Positions 1-11,590 of a stretch of 45,624 nucleotides of DNA are shown piece by piece (positions within the stretch are counted from its first letter, which is position 1; each line of letters starts with the position of its first letter). A model generated the notes under the pieces. It saw only the letters and a list, made by a program, of their open reading frames with translations. It searched no databases and had not been told where the DNA came from. The position numbers and the translations under genes are program-made. The DNA comes from Octopus bimaculoides. Taxonomy: Eukaryota. Where the stretch lies: positions 93,919,734 to 93,965,357 of the forward strand of contig NC_068989.1 in the NCBI RefSeq assembly GCF_001194135.2. The letters are read 5' to 3'.

Positions 1-1288
1 TAATTAAAAAGTCTCTATCTGATCTGATATAAACGAAATTGTTACAAACACACATATGGACGCACATACTTACATATAAGCACGAACACATAAGTGCGTG
101 CACACATATGAGCGTGCACACATACGAGCTTGCACACACTCACATGCTCATACCTAACAGTTTCGAAACAACGCCAAAACAACGCCAGATCATATATTCA
201 AAATAAATGGAAGTGGAGAGACAAGTTACTGAAGAGATTGCAAGAGTGCAATGAAATAATTTAACAAAAAAACTATATAAATTAATAAAGGACTGAACCA
301 ATGCGTGTGTTTATTACCGGCATAATGCCTCTCCCAAGGTTTAATTGTATTTCTTTCAACACACGTATACACATCAAGAATCTTGCACACGAAATACACA
401 TACGAAATAAATTACACATATTAGCAAGCTTATATACGTGATAACAATTATACTCGTTCTCTGGTGTTGCACCAGGTAACTGAATGGTTATTGATCTCCG
501 GTAATATTACAAGACGCCATGCAGCGTTCGAAATAAAAATAGCTATCATCAGCACCTGAGATTGTAAATAATAACATGTATCAGAAATAACGACTTATTT
601 AAAGTAAAATATAATAGATTCGACATCAACCAAATAATAAAGCAAATGGAAAATAACAATATAAAATAAAACCATAGGATGAACCATTATAAGGAAGTAT
701 TATATTCTATCTCTATCTCTCTCTTTGTGTGTGTATTTATCTCTCTCTCTCTATATATATATATACGTGTAATACACATGGATATATGTATATGTAGGTG
801 TGTGTGTGTGTATATAAGTATATATACATACAGACAAATATACATGTATATATATCTGTGTGTATGTATGTATGTATGTATGTATAAACACTCATGCATA
901 TATGTCGGTTCTGATTAGTAGAGTCGGGTACCCAGAAAGAAAACGGTCAGCCAGTTAAATCACTGATTCATTCGATGGAATGAAAAATTAAATTCAATAT
1001 TTCGTTTTGAAAAGGTGTAAATTAGCTGCTGCACATAAGATGAGTTGAAATGAGATTGGTGGTGGTAGGATCAGTAGTAATAACAGCAGTAGAAGCAGCA
1101 GCAGCAGTAATAGTAGCACTGGTAGTGGCAGAAGCATGCTGAAACTATATTGGGACATCTTCCCGTTACAGACACGAAACAAATCTACAAGAACAACTAT
1201 TGCTACTACTACTCGATCTGTGGCAAAAAGGAATAATGCATTCAATGCCGACATAACACCTTACATATAGGAATTCCGGTGTGTGTGT

Positions 1289-1321
<33 letters not shown>

Positions 1322-1549
1322 TGAAAGGCTTTATAACTTGGAGATTCCTCTAAACATGAAACCATGTTCATATGTTGATTTTGGTGACCTCAGTACTTGC
1401 GGGAGGAGTAAACTTGTGAAGTGAATGATTGTAAAAACTGCTGAATTGTAGTAATAGTAATGTGGATGTGCTGTTGCCTGTCTTTCTTCGCATATTGTTC
1501 GCTGTTTTGTTTTTGAACTCTCATGCATCGTCTTCGACGGGAGAGTCCG

Positions 1550-1588
<39 letters not shown>

Positions 1589-1712
1589 NNNNNNNNNNNN
1601 NNNNNNNNNNNNNNNNNNNNNNNNNNNNNNNNNNNNNNNNNNNNNNNNNNNNNNNNNNNNNNNNNNNNNNNNNTATATATATATATATATCAGAGAGAGA
1701 GAGAGAGCAAGA

Positions 1713-2980
1713 TTGTGTCATCCCATAAATAATCCGGGTTTTTCAATTGCAAGAACTAAAAGGTGGAGGGGAACGGGATAAACTACTTGTATCAACTTGC
1801 TACAAAAGCAGGAAGTAACTCTACCTTGTTCTTATTGTTAGTGCAAGTTTTGAGGAATGTAGTTCGATTTTAACAGCTAATTTTTGAAAGCTATAATGGA
1901 AGAGACAAAGGAAGATATTCGGCTTATTTTGCCCTTTGAATTCAATAAAGGCAACAACGCAACGGAAAGTGCGAGGAATATTAATGGAGTATATAGGAAT
2001 CAGGCTATAAGCGTAAGGCAGTGTCAACGTTGATTCCAGAAATTTTGAGCCGGAAACTACAGCCTAGAAGACGAGCCTCATCCTGGAAGATCTGTCGAGC
2101 TCGACGAAGACGTCCTGTAAACTCCAGTGGAGCAAAATTCCATTGTAACTGTTGAAGAACTATTAGAGAAGCTTGAATTTGGTCATTCGACCATTCATCG
2201 ACAGCTACGTACCATCCGAAAAGTCAGCTAATTGGGTCAATGGGTCCCTCACAAACTTTGAGTTTAATCGCGCGCAGAATGATTGTGTGCATTTCTTTGC
2301 TGCCACGTCTCACCAATCAACCTTTTTGGGACCGAATAATGACAGGTGAAGAGAAATGGGTTCTCTATAAGAATGTCAAGCGCCGAAGACAGTGGGTAGG
2401 GAAAGGGGAAACACCGGCACCCTAGGCTAAAGAAGGTCTTCACCCACGTAACGTTTTTATGTGTTTGTTGGGATATGAAAGATTTAGTCCACCTTGAACT
2501 TTTAAAGCCAAGGCAACCGATAACAAAGAGATCTACTGCGACAAGCTTTAAGTTAGCGCTAGAAGAAAAACGACCATCGTCGGTCTCAAGACGAAAGGTG
2601 TTCTTCCATTAGGTTAATGCTCGGCAACATACAGCAAGGATGACATTCCAAAGGCTGGAGTAGTCGGAATGGGAAACGATGCCCCACCCACCATGATTCG
2701 CCAGACATTGCCCCAACTGATTATCATTTATTCCGCAATCTTCAAATCATTTCGACGGAAAAAATATGAATTCTGTAGACGAGGTCAAAACAGTACTGGA
2801 GGAGTATTTTCGTCAAGGACGAGTGAATTTGGGAAGAGGTGCCTGGAAAGTCTACCAGACAGATGGAAGAGCATTGTAGAAATTGAAAGAAAATGTATTT
2901 TAGATGAAAAGAGAACTTTATCTTAATTTTGAAAAATAAAGGAAGTATAAAGAAATCGCATTATTCATGGGATGACCCAA
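1713..2980 (+). mobile_element. Mariner (DD34D-type) DNA transposon, near full length (~1.27 kb), defective
   Basis: Inverted termini TTGTGTCATCCCATAAATAATCCG (from 1713) and CGCATTATTCATGGGATGACCCAA (to 2980), the latter followed by TA. Encloses a transposase pseudo-ORF with mariner signature motifs. Confidence 0.95.
1896..2926 (+). pseudogene. Mariner transposase pseudogene (multiple stops and frameshifts)
   Basis: ATG at 1896 gives MEETKEDIRLILPFEFNKGNNATESARNI. Later motifs are WVPHKL, DRIMTGEEKW (TGDEKW), H*VNARQH (HDNARPH) and SPDIAPTDYHLF (YSPDLAPSDYHLF). Confidence 0.93.
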
Positions 2981-3684
2981 TATATATATATTGTGTACAC
3001 ACACACGTATGTATGCCCTTATTCGATTCTATCATCTGATGGAGGAGTCGGTGTTGTTTGTGAAAGCGAAGATGTGTCCTGTTTGACGAGATCCAGGCTT
3101 CAGAATAATCTATTTATTTCCCTTTCACTACATCTTAAAACATAATGCTTCTAGATTATCCGCCATGATCTTCATTTGCAAATATATCTTGTTACTATTT
3201 CTAGCCGTGTGAAAAGCTACTCAGAGGTTACCTGAAGATCTAGCGTTACTTTAATAATTTCCTAAGGCAATTCATAAGCTAGGACGCGGGCATGGGGCGA
3301 ATGAAACTTGAAACTTCAACACTCATGTTATATAAAATATTGTGTGAGAAGAAATTAGGAATTAACTTTATCCTTCGTTTAGATTAAATTACAGATTTAA
3401 TTCAAAATAATTTCCAATATATTTTGGGCTGAATTAGTTTGTACATATATTACTTCAGGTCAAATACAGAATAGCTTTTGTTATCTGCTTTAATTTTCAT
3501 ACGAGTCAAACATGCGGCAAACTGAGTTCACTTCATAGATTGGCTGTCTACCGTTCCACCTTTTCTTCTATTGTAGTAGACTTTTGATATCTTGTAGTAT
3601 TATTGTTATTATGGAGATAACTTTTATCACACTGGGTTAGTATTTCTTTATGTATGTATGTATGTATGTATGTATGTATGTATG

Positions 3685-4545
3685 TAGTGTGCGATGGGTA
3701 AATTGTCGGGATTTGATACTTTTAATTTCGCACATGCACATTTTTGATCTTGTCGAGTACACAATAAAATAGGGTCGGTTGGGTACCGTCTGTGAGAAGA
3801 ACAGAACCATGAGGCAAATTACTCTGTCAGAAATTTGGAAATGACATGTTGTACTGCTTGGCATTCGCACCGAAAGCTCCAATATGAAGATTTCAGTGAT
3901 TGATGGTGGTGGTGGGGGGGGGGGCAATCTCGGGATATGTACCGAGAGTGATAAAAATCAAACATCTTGGTGATCACTAATGATGGCGACGTTACGCCTC
4001 AATTCATCTTCCCACACGGCCTCAGACTCAACACGGAGGCCTACATCAGGTACCTGGAGGAGGTAGTGCTGCTATGGGCTAAGAGAGTAGCTGCTGGAAA
4101 ACCCCTATGTCTAACAAAATGACTCTACCTCATGCCATACAAGCAGGAGAACCCAGTCACAGTTGTGTGGCAATATCTGCGATCACATCACCCCTAACAT
4201 CTGGCCACTTAACTCCCCAGACTTCAACTCCTTTGACTTTTTATGTGTGGGGCACAGGTGAGCGAGAAACCAAGAAAACACCTTGCAACGGCAAAGTTGA
4301 ACTGAAAGCAAAGATTATAGCAGCATTCACCAACTTAACCAAGAAGATCGTCCGGAAGATTTGCAGGATATTCAGAGCTCATCTGGAAAACGTATTTGAA
4401 GCCGATGGCGATTTTATTGACTTAATTTACTCTTTAGTATTTCAGGATACTTTTATGTAATTTTGGTAATGGTTAACATGTGTTAAAATGAGATGTCAGT
4501 GTTATTTTCGCTCTTGCGTAATTTAACGTTTATTCAACGCACGCA
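3685..4545 (+). mobile_element. maT/DD37D Tc1-mariner element, internally deleted non-autonomous copy 1
   Basis: C-terminal transposase DSTSCHTSRRTQ...WPLNSPDFNSFD has Asp codons at 4121 and 4235, with 37 residues between them. Degenerate termini GTGCGATGGGTAAATTGTC and TTTATTCAACGCAC. Homologous along its length to 38622-39463. Confidence 0.88.
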
Positions 4546-6047
4546 TTCTCTCACTCTCTCTCTCTCTCTCGTAGAATCAAAGTATCCATATTAATATAGC
4601 AATGTTACTGACTTCAAATGTAGGCACGCCACCTCTTATGCTGCCAGTCCTATTAGAAACCGCAACAGCTAGATAGTGATATAGAGAATCATGTCACATT
4701 TTGCATTATGATATTTCTGCATTAGAATCAATAAAAATAAGATTTAGAGAAGGAATACTCAAGCGAGTCGTTTGGCGTCGGACATATATAAATGTACTTC
4801 TTGTACAGAGTAAATATTGTATTTGTATTTTAAGGAGCCATTAAGGAGACAATTTCCTATCAAGAATTAAAAATATTACACGGTATAAATGTTCGTAACA
4901 AGGGGCTACATCGTGTCTATCATTTATGGATTTTGTGTAAATATTCATTGCTTGCAAACGATATTGATTTATATTTTGCTCTAGCTGAAGGACTCCAAGG
5001 ATGAACTAATAAACATGCATAAAAGTTTGTATTGATATATATTATATACATCTCTGAATACATGCTGCGCAAAACAAATACATGAATCTGGAATACATAT
5101 ACATGCCTAGAAGTATAAGCGTATGTGTGTGTATGTAGACGTGTATATATGGATCGTATCATATTTCTCTCAGCTTTCATGCCGCATAAAACGAATAGAT
5201 GAAACCAGAATACACTATAATAAAGCAACTTTATATATAATCTAAATCATTTAGCACATGCATTCTCCTTGCAGAATATTTCAATTTAACCTTTGAAAAG
5301 TATATATCGCCAGGAATTATTTATGACATTCAAAGTTCTCGTTTTACGGCAGTGGGAAATTTAAAATTTTCACTCAAAGGATGATAAATTACTTTTTCTG
5401 TAGTCGAAACACAATATAGTAGATTAATATTTATATATATATATGAAGAGCTATGATATGTAGATTTAAATTATTCTAATGCAATGGGTTTTCTTATGTT
5501 TGTCTATGATATTTATAAGCAACCAATTTCTGAAGCATTTCATTTATGAGATGTCCATCTATGCAAACGCATAGAAGATGAGTAAATCGGAAAACAGGAT
5601 GCCGAAATATATTACTTTAATCATTTTGAAACCTCTACACTTTACTTTTAAAAGAGCATGTTCGCATAAATATGTGCACAAACATTTATTCCTTTATGTA
5701 TGAATACACACGCTCACACTCACACACATATGCACACATATATATGCATAGACATATTAAATAAATACACACACACACATATGCATAGACATATGTCTTC
5801 ATAAATGCATGGAAATATGTATATATAGATATGTATATGCATCTAAAATATAGATAACTGTATGTAAGTAAATATGCGTTTGCCAGTGTCCGTGTATGCG
5901 CATGTGCAAGTTAATGTTTTCAAATATATACAGGTATAAACAACCAATCAGTTATTATTTCTCATTGAGATATAAAACGGAGGTATTTGTGTGCGTACGC
6001 ATATATGTGTATGCATATATATATGTACAGATGAATGCGGTTATGTG

Positions 6048-6109
<62 letters not shown>

Positions 6110-6499
6110 ATTTTCCGCTCTCGGCCCAGTGACAGTTTAGAAGAGTGTTCGAATATCAACGAAGAAGCATGACTTCTCTCTCTCTCTCATACATATATAG
6201 AGGGTGACCCAAAAGCAGGTTAAGGGTTATCACGCAGACACTATAAATGTCTTTTAAAGCATTTACTTGGATTTAGATTTCTATCTTACAAAGTGAAAAG
6301 CGAGCTTGACAATTTTAACTCAATTAGCATAGAATAATGGTTTCATATTTTTTTTTTATAATTAAGATCTAAACTGTTAATATATAAAGGCGAAGAGATA
6401 GTTGAATAACTTAAACCTACTTTCGGGTCACCCTGTGCACACACACACACCCACCCACACACACACACACATATATACCTGTACACTTATGTATATATC

Positions 6500-6545
<46 letters not shown>

Positions 6546-6586
6546 TAAATTAAAAACGTAAAAATAAAAACAGAACAGAAAGGATT

Positions 6587-6681
6587 CCGCGGTACACGTG
6601 TTTCAAGCTTTATAGTCGTTGCATCATTATATTGGTATATAATTGATAGACAGGATGGTATAACGCTATCTTCAGCCGCAA
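6587..6681 (-). ncRNA. Type I hammerhead ribozyme motif with long stem II (PLE-type terminus)
   Basis: Minus strand reads GCGG-CUGAAGA-[62 nt: UAGCGUUAUA...UAUAAAGCUU]-GAA-AC ACGU GU-A/CCGC. Core is intact, stem III is the palindrome ACACGUGU, the triplet is GUA, and stem I is GCGG/CCGC. Confidence 0.8.
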
Positions 6682-6770
6682 ATATATTCTTTCCCAAGTA
6701 TTATATCACAAAGAAGTCATCAAGAAAAAAGTAAGAGAGAGAAACATGAAATATATATATGTAGAGAGAG

Positions 6771-7124
6771 AGGCACAGGAGTGGCTGTGCGGTACATAAC
6801 TTGCTTTCCAACCACATGGTGCTGGGTTCAGTCCCATTGCGTGGCACCTTGGGCACGTGTGTTCTACTATAGCCTCCGGCCGACCAAAGCCTTGTGGTTG
6901 GATCTGGTAGACGAAAGCTAAAAGAAGTCAGTCGCATATATATATATATATGTTTGTGTGTCTCTGTCTGTCCCCCGCCATCACTTTACAACCTATGGTC
7001 CTGTGTTTACGTTCATGTAACGGGTCGGCAAAAGACCCCGATAGAATAAGCCTCGGGGTCGATTTGTTCGACTAAAGGCGGTGCTCCAGCATAGCCGTAA
7101 TCAAATGACTGAAATAAAGGAATA
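6771..7124 (+). mobile_element. tRNA-derived SINE, family A (octopus type), full length
   Basis: A-box-like TGGCTGTGCGG and B-box-like GGTTCAGTCCC, then central CACCTTGGGCACGTG, an internal (TA)n, and tail GGCGGTGCTCCAGCAT...AATGACTGAAA shared with other copies in the window. Confidence 0.92.
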
Positions 7125-7432
7125 TATCAAACCATCGTTATAAGCAAGTATGTAGTTATTCTATATGCTATGCTCGTATAAAAATGAATCAAATGTCAAT
7201 ATGTATATACGCAGAGATGAACACAGTATACACCCACGCACACACACAAAAACTCTGCCAGCGACACACATTTGATTAATAATTTAATAAGCTGCCCTCA
7301 CTTCATGAATAAAACACTAATACAGCACCACCCTCCACACACGTACACCAAAAACATGCTCAGAACTGTCCACCGCAATCTGTATTCATACGCAATCGTC
7401 CGCATGAATGTGTGTCTGTGTGTGCTCGCATT

Positions 7433-7471
<39 letters not shown>

Positions 7472-7515
7472 CATGTTTATACTTATCAAGCTTAATCCTA
7501 TTTATCTATGAACCG

Positions 7516-7563
<48 letters not shown>

Positions 7564-8021
7564 CAGCGCAGATATTCTATCTTATAAAACACGGTTCACA
7601 GAGCAGACATTTTAATTTTGATTTCCTTATATTCTCAGAGCAACAAATTTTATTATTAACCTTTTTCTATTAATTAGGTTTCTAAGAATATATGATGCTA
7701 GCTTTTCAAAATATTTATTTGGCTGTACGGAACCCTAGAGACGCTTCTGTTAATGAAACCTACACTAGGATAATCTTAAATAAATGCTTACTGCTAAGGA
7801 AAAAGGAATAAAGGAAAACAAAAAAATGAATAAGCCATGGAGAGAGTTGGTGCAGCAATGTTATGACTTTCTCAACAGTAGTTCAACATCAAGTCAATCA
7901 AATGTAAGTAATATCATTACAAGTTTCGTGTAGCATTAATAAGGAAAGTCAACACAATCAAGTGGCTTACTAAATGAAAATCACGAAATTTGGAAACGCA
8001 TACACCGACACACATGTACAT

Positions 8022-8087
<66 letters not shown>

Positions 8088-8857
8088 AAGGATAGAAAAA
8101 GTTAATCAATATCGTAGTATGTTGATGTGATTAGATCTGTAAAATATAGATATTTTAGTTCTCTTTTTTTCTCTGCATATGCTGTAGAATTCTTTGTATA
8201 TTGATAATTTTATTTTATATGTGCATTGCTATGCTTGCTTAGACGATTCCTCTTGTAACTTAACGGAAATTTAGTCTTATTTCTATTCCAGAAGAACAGA
8301 CATTTATTTTCAATATCGTTTTCTTTTCTTGTCAGCTTGAAAAATATCGTGACGCTTTCACGAGAGAGAAGATATATATAAAGCAAATGTTCACGGTGAC
8401 GTCTCATCTTATGCAAATACGGTGTCTGGCAGGTAGCAAGGCCATTTGAACGACCTCAACAATAACGGTTTACTGCTGAATGACTAACTGCTGATACTGC
8501 AGCATTCCCAAATGCATCACAACTATCTTCATTCAAAAACTTTTTCCATTTACTAGAAATCTGTTAAACATTCAGTTTCTTTGTCTATATGTCCAAAGTG
8601 TAGAGGATTTGGCCAGTAGTTACAAGCTTCCAGGTTCGAACTCGCTGAGGAGCATACTTGGCAGGTATCTCCTTTGATAAATTTGCGTCGACCAACATTC
8701 TGGAAGTGGAATTTAAGCACCTAAACTTCCAGATGTTGCTACGGAAGAAGTGAATTTTCTTAGCTAAACCTAATATCAATTATCCCAGGGAGAAGGGTAG
8801 CTGACGTTGTTAAAACATTGAACAACTATTTTCTATGGATTAATGAACAAATACTTA

Positions 8858-9094
8858 CAATAATCCCTCGCCGTATCGCGGTTCACCTATCGCTGTTCCC
8901 TTATCGCGATTTATTATTTAAGCTTATAGCGATTCCTTTGTGGTGTTGTTTTGCATTTATAATAAAGTAAATATTTACAAATTATAAAACTAATTTTAAA
9001 AAATATGCAGTACAGTACTGTTTCTAGTTCGCGAATTTTCACCTTATGCGGTGGCTTTTGGAATGTAATATCCGCGATAGATGAGGGATTACTC
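8858..9094. mobile_element. Tigger/pogo-like MITE (~237 bp)
   Basis: Inverted termini CAATAATCCCTCGCCGTATCGCGG (preceded by TA) and CCGCGATAGATGAGGGATTACT. AT-rich non-coding interior. Confidence 0.8.
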
Positions 9095-9204
9095 CATATG
9101 ATCTATCTTACTGAAATTCTGTTGAAAGCATATATGGAGATCAGAAGTTCATCACGGTTTCTGATAACATTGTGTAAAAATCTTTAACGTTTGAAAATAT
9201 ACTT

Positions 9205-9386
9205 TTCTACTCTAGGCAGAAGGCCTGAAATTTTGGTGGAGGGGACCAGTCGATTATGCAATAAGTACTTAATTTATCGATCCCGAAAGGATGAAAGGCA
9301 AAGTTGAGCGCGGTGGACTTTGAACTCAGAACGCAACGACAGACGAAATACTGTTAAGCATTTCGCCCGGTGTGCTAAAGTTTCTG
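9205..9386 (-). mobile_element. tRNA-derived SINE, family B, head interrupted by the 9387-11051 element
   Basis: GAAAGGATGAAAGGCAAAG...TTTGAACTCAGAACG...AAGCATTTCGCCCGGTGTGCTAA matches family B copies at 21787, 30622 and 34235. The first ~13 nt of the head are missing here. Confidence 0.88.
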
Positions 9387-11051
9387 AATTTATTACCCAC
9401 TGGTGGGGTGGGGCCGGACATAGAAGGAACAATACAGAAACGTGTCGGGACACAAAACAAAGGGGAGGGAAAAAAGAAACACAGGACAGCGTATGAAAAT
9501 GAAAAAATGAAAATGAAGCTCTTTGCCTCATCTCCGAGTAGCTTCACTTCCTTTTCCCTTTCAATTCCGTACCTTCCAAAATATCCAGTCCATATTCTTA
9601 TATAAGGTCTTCATACTCTATATCATCCGGTAACCATTTCGTGTCATAGTTTACTCTCCAACACTTGGACCCACCTTTATACTTTTCTATTTCATTCTTC
9701 TGTTTCTCTGATACTAAAATACATATATGCTACACTTTAACATGTCTTTCCTTCCACCTGAATAAACACTGTGTTCTTTCATATTCGTTGCTTTGTTAAT
9801 CAGTTCCCCATCAACACCTTCAAACAACGCAAAACAACTTTCAGTGGGAGGGGAAATTTGTGGGCTTCTGTGTGTGAGTGCCATTTGTTTTTGTGTCGGA
9901 GGGGAATGGGTCAGTCTGTTGTCTGCGGGGGAGGGTGGTGCTAAGAAGGTGTGGGTGTGGTGGGTGTGGTTCACATTCAGTTTGACCTGCTTTCTTTCTC
10001 TTCCTTTTGTTTTTTTACTTTTCAACCACTTTCCATGATTCGTCTTCATTTATTTCTATCTCCTCCTCTACCTTCTCTGGTTCCTTCCTGATTTCTTTCT
10101 CATTTTTCTCAGCCAGTGAAGGGCAGTCCACTCTAATGTGCCTCTTTTGGCCACATTTGAAACATCGACGGATTCTGCGCTCCACCCTAACCCTAACTCT
10201 CAACATCGCCTCTCCAACTGTTATTGCTTCCACCATTTTTTCTGTTTTCCATTGAATTTTCTATAATTATATCCAACATATGTCCCTTCAAATTAGTTGT
10301 TTCCGTTTTCGTGGCTTGGAAAATGTCTATTTTCTCTTCGTTGCCTAGAAGTATAACCGTCGTCACCCTAGCCACATCTATTTCGGGTGGGATCCCCTCT
10401 CCTCTAACCCTGGAAGCTCTTCTTCCAAGGTATGTGAGCAGGAGGACCACACCTTCCGTCCGTAACGGGGTTGCCAAGTGTTGCTTTACCTTTGTTGCCT
10501 TTTTTAATTGAATCTCCTCTGTTCCATATCGACTTCCTGTGGCAAGTTATGTTATAACTTGCCTGATTGACTTCAAGGCTTTTTCACTTTTCTCTGCTGA
10601 TACAATTTAAATTCTTCTACAGAATATACTTTGTACACAATAGTCCTTTCCTGCATATCTTTTATTACTTCTTAGGGTGGCAACAACTTTACGTCACCCC
10701 CTTCTCTGCGTAACAACTTCTCATAACTTTTCAACATTGACAGATCCACCTCCTTATTCATAACTTCTGCCACTTCCGCAAAACGTTTCTTCTTCAATTG
10801 ACCATCTACTCCTTCTACCGCTCATACGAGTTCCTCTTCTCTGACGTCGACAGTTCAGAGCCACTGTGGTCTGAAAAATACATAGACTTTTTTTTGTCAT
10901 AGCTAACTCTTCTCAAAAGAGGAGAGAAAGCACAAACAAACCGCTGCAAAGCAGCACAAAAGCAATTAACGAAGTGTTCAAAACACTGATAGAAAAACAA
11001 AACGGCAAAATACCGTCAAAAATGACTGACACCCACTGAAAAACCTGGGAA
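9387..11051 (-). mobile_element. Non-LTR-type retroelement carrying only a decayed ORF1 (gag-like, CCHC zinc knuckle); no ORF2 seen
   Basis: Frameshifted ORF pieces ...TYLGRRASRVRGEGIPPEID..., ...RRCFKCGQKRHIRVDCP (CX2CX4HX4C, ~10125-10165), a basic/acidic and Pro-rich linker, and ...CWRVNYDTKWLPDDIEYEDL. A ~170-nt pyrimidine-rich tail follows, ending in AATAAA (plus-strand TTTATT at 9389-9394). Confidence 0.7.
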
Positions 11052-11082
11052 GCGTGCTGGCACTTCTGGCAGCTTGCTGCCT
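11052..11082 (-). mobile_element. SINE family B head fragment (5' remainder of the 9205-9386 copy?)
   Basis: Minus strand GGCAGCAAGCTGCCAGAAGTGCCAGCACGC versus the head of the 21933 copy, GGCGGCGAGCTGGCAGAATCGTTAGCA (about 20/27 identical). Confidence 0.55.
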
Positions 11083-11454
11083 TCGTTCAAACATATTCTG
11101 TCTCTTTGCTCTAACACCATTGCGTTGTCATTTATCTAGTCATAAAGTTAAGTGTGTAGTACAAACTTTTTCTTTGCACAGGGGTACCAAAGAGAAAGTC
11201 TGTAGCTGGACGAGGTTTGTAAAAAGAGGATCTGGAAATTTGAAGCAATCACAATCTTCTAAATGCAAATCGCGTATTTAGAAATGGGCGGAGTGCACGT
11301 TGGTGATTTCATTCACTTTTTAAAATCAAAAACGTCCTTCGTGCAACGCTGTCAACGTGCGATCTTTCGGAAGCAGTGTTTTGAAAATAGTTTCTTGTTA
11401 GATATAATCTCATCCGTCTGGATAGAAGTGTAACAGAAAATAAACTGATCTCTT

Positions 11455-11590
11455 TAAAGGGCACAAAACCAGAAATACTAGCGGAAGGAACAGTTGATTA
11501 TATCTACCTTGAAATTGGACTGGTATTCTATCTTAACGATCTCAGAAGAATGAAAACAAGGCGTTGACGGCGATTGAACTAAGTTAAATT
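11455..11590 (-). mobile_element. Old SINE family B fragment
   Basis: Degenerate match: ACTGGTATTCTATCTTAACGATCTCAGAAGAATGAAAACAAGGCGTTGACGGCGATTGAAC. Confidence 0.55.

Noticed and set aside
1279-1318. (GT)n(AC)n self-complementary junction
   Set aside because: Common microsatellite inversion with no additional structure.
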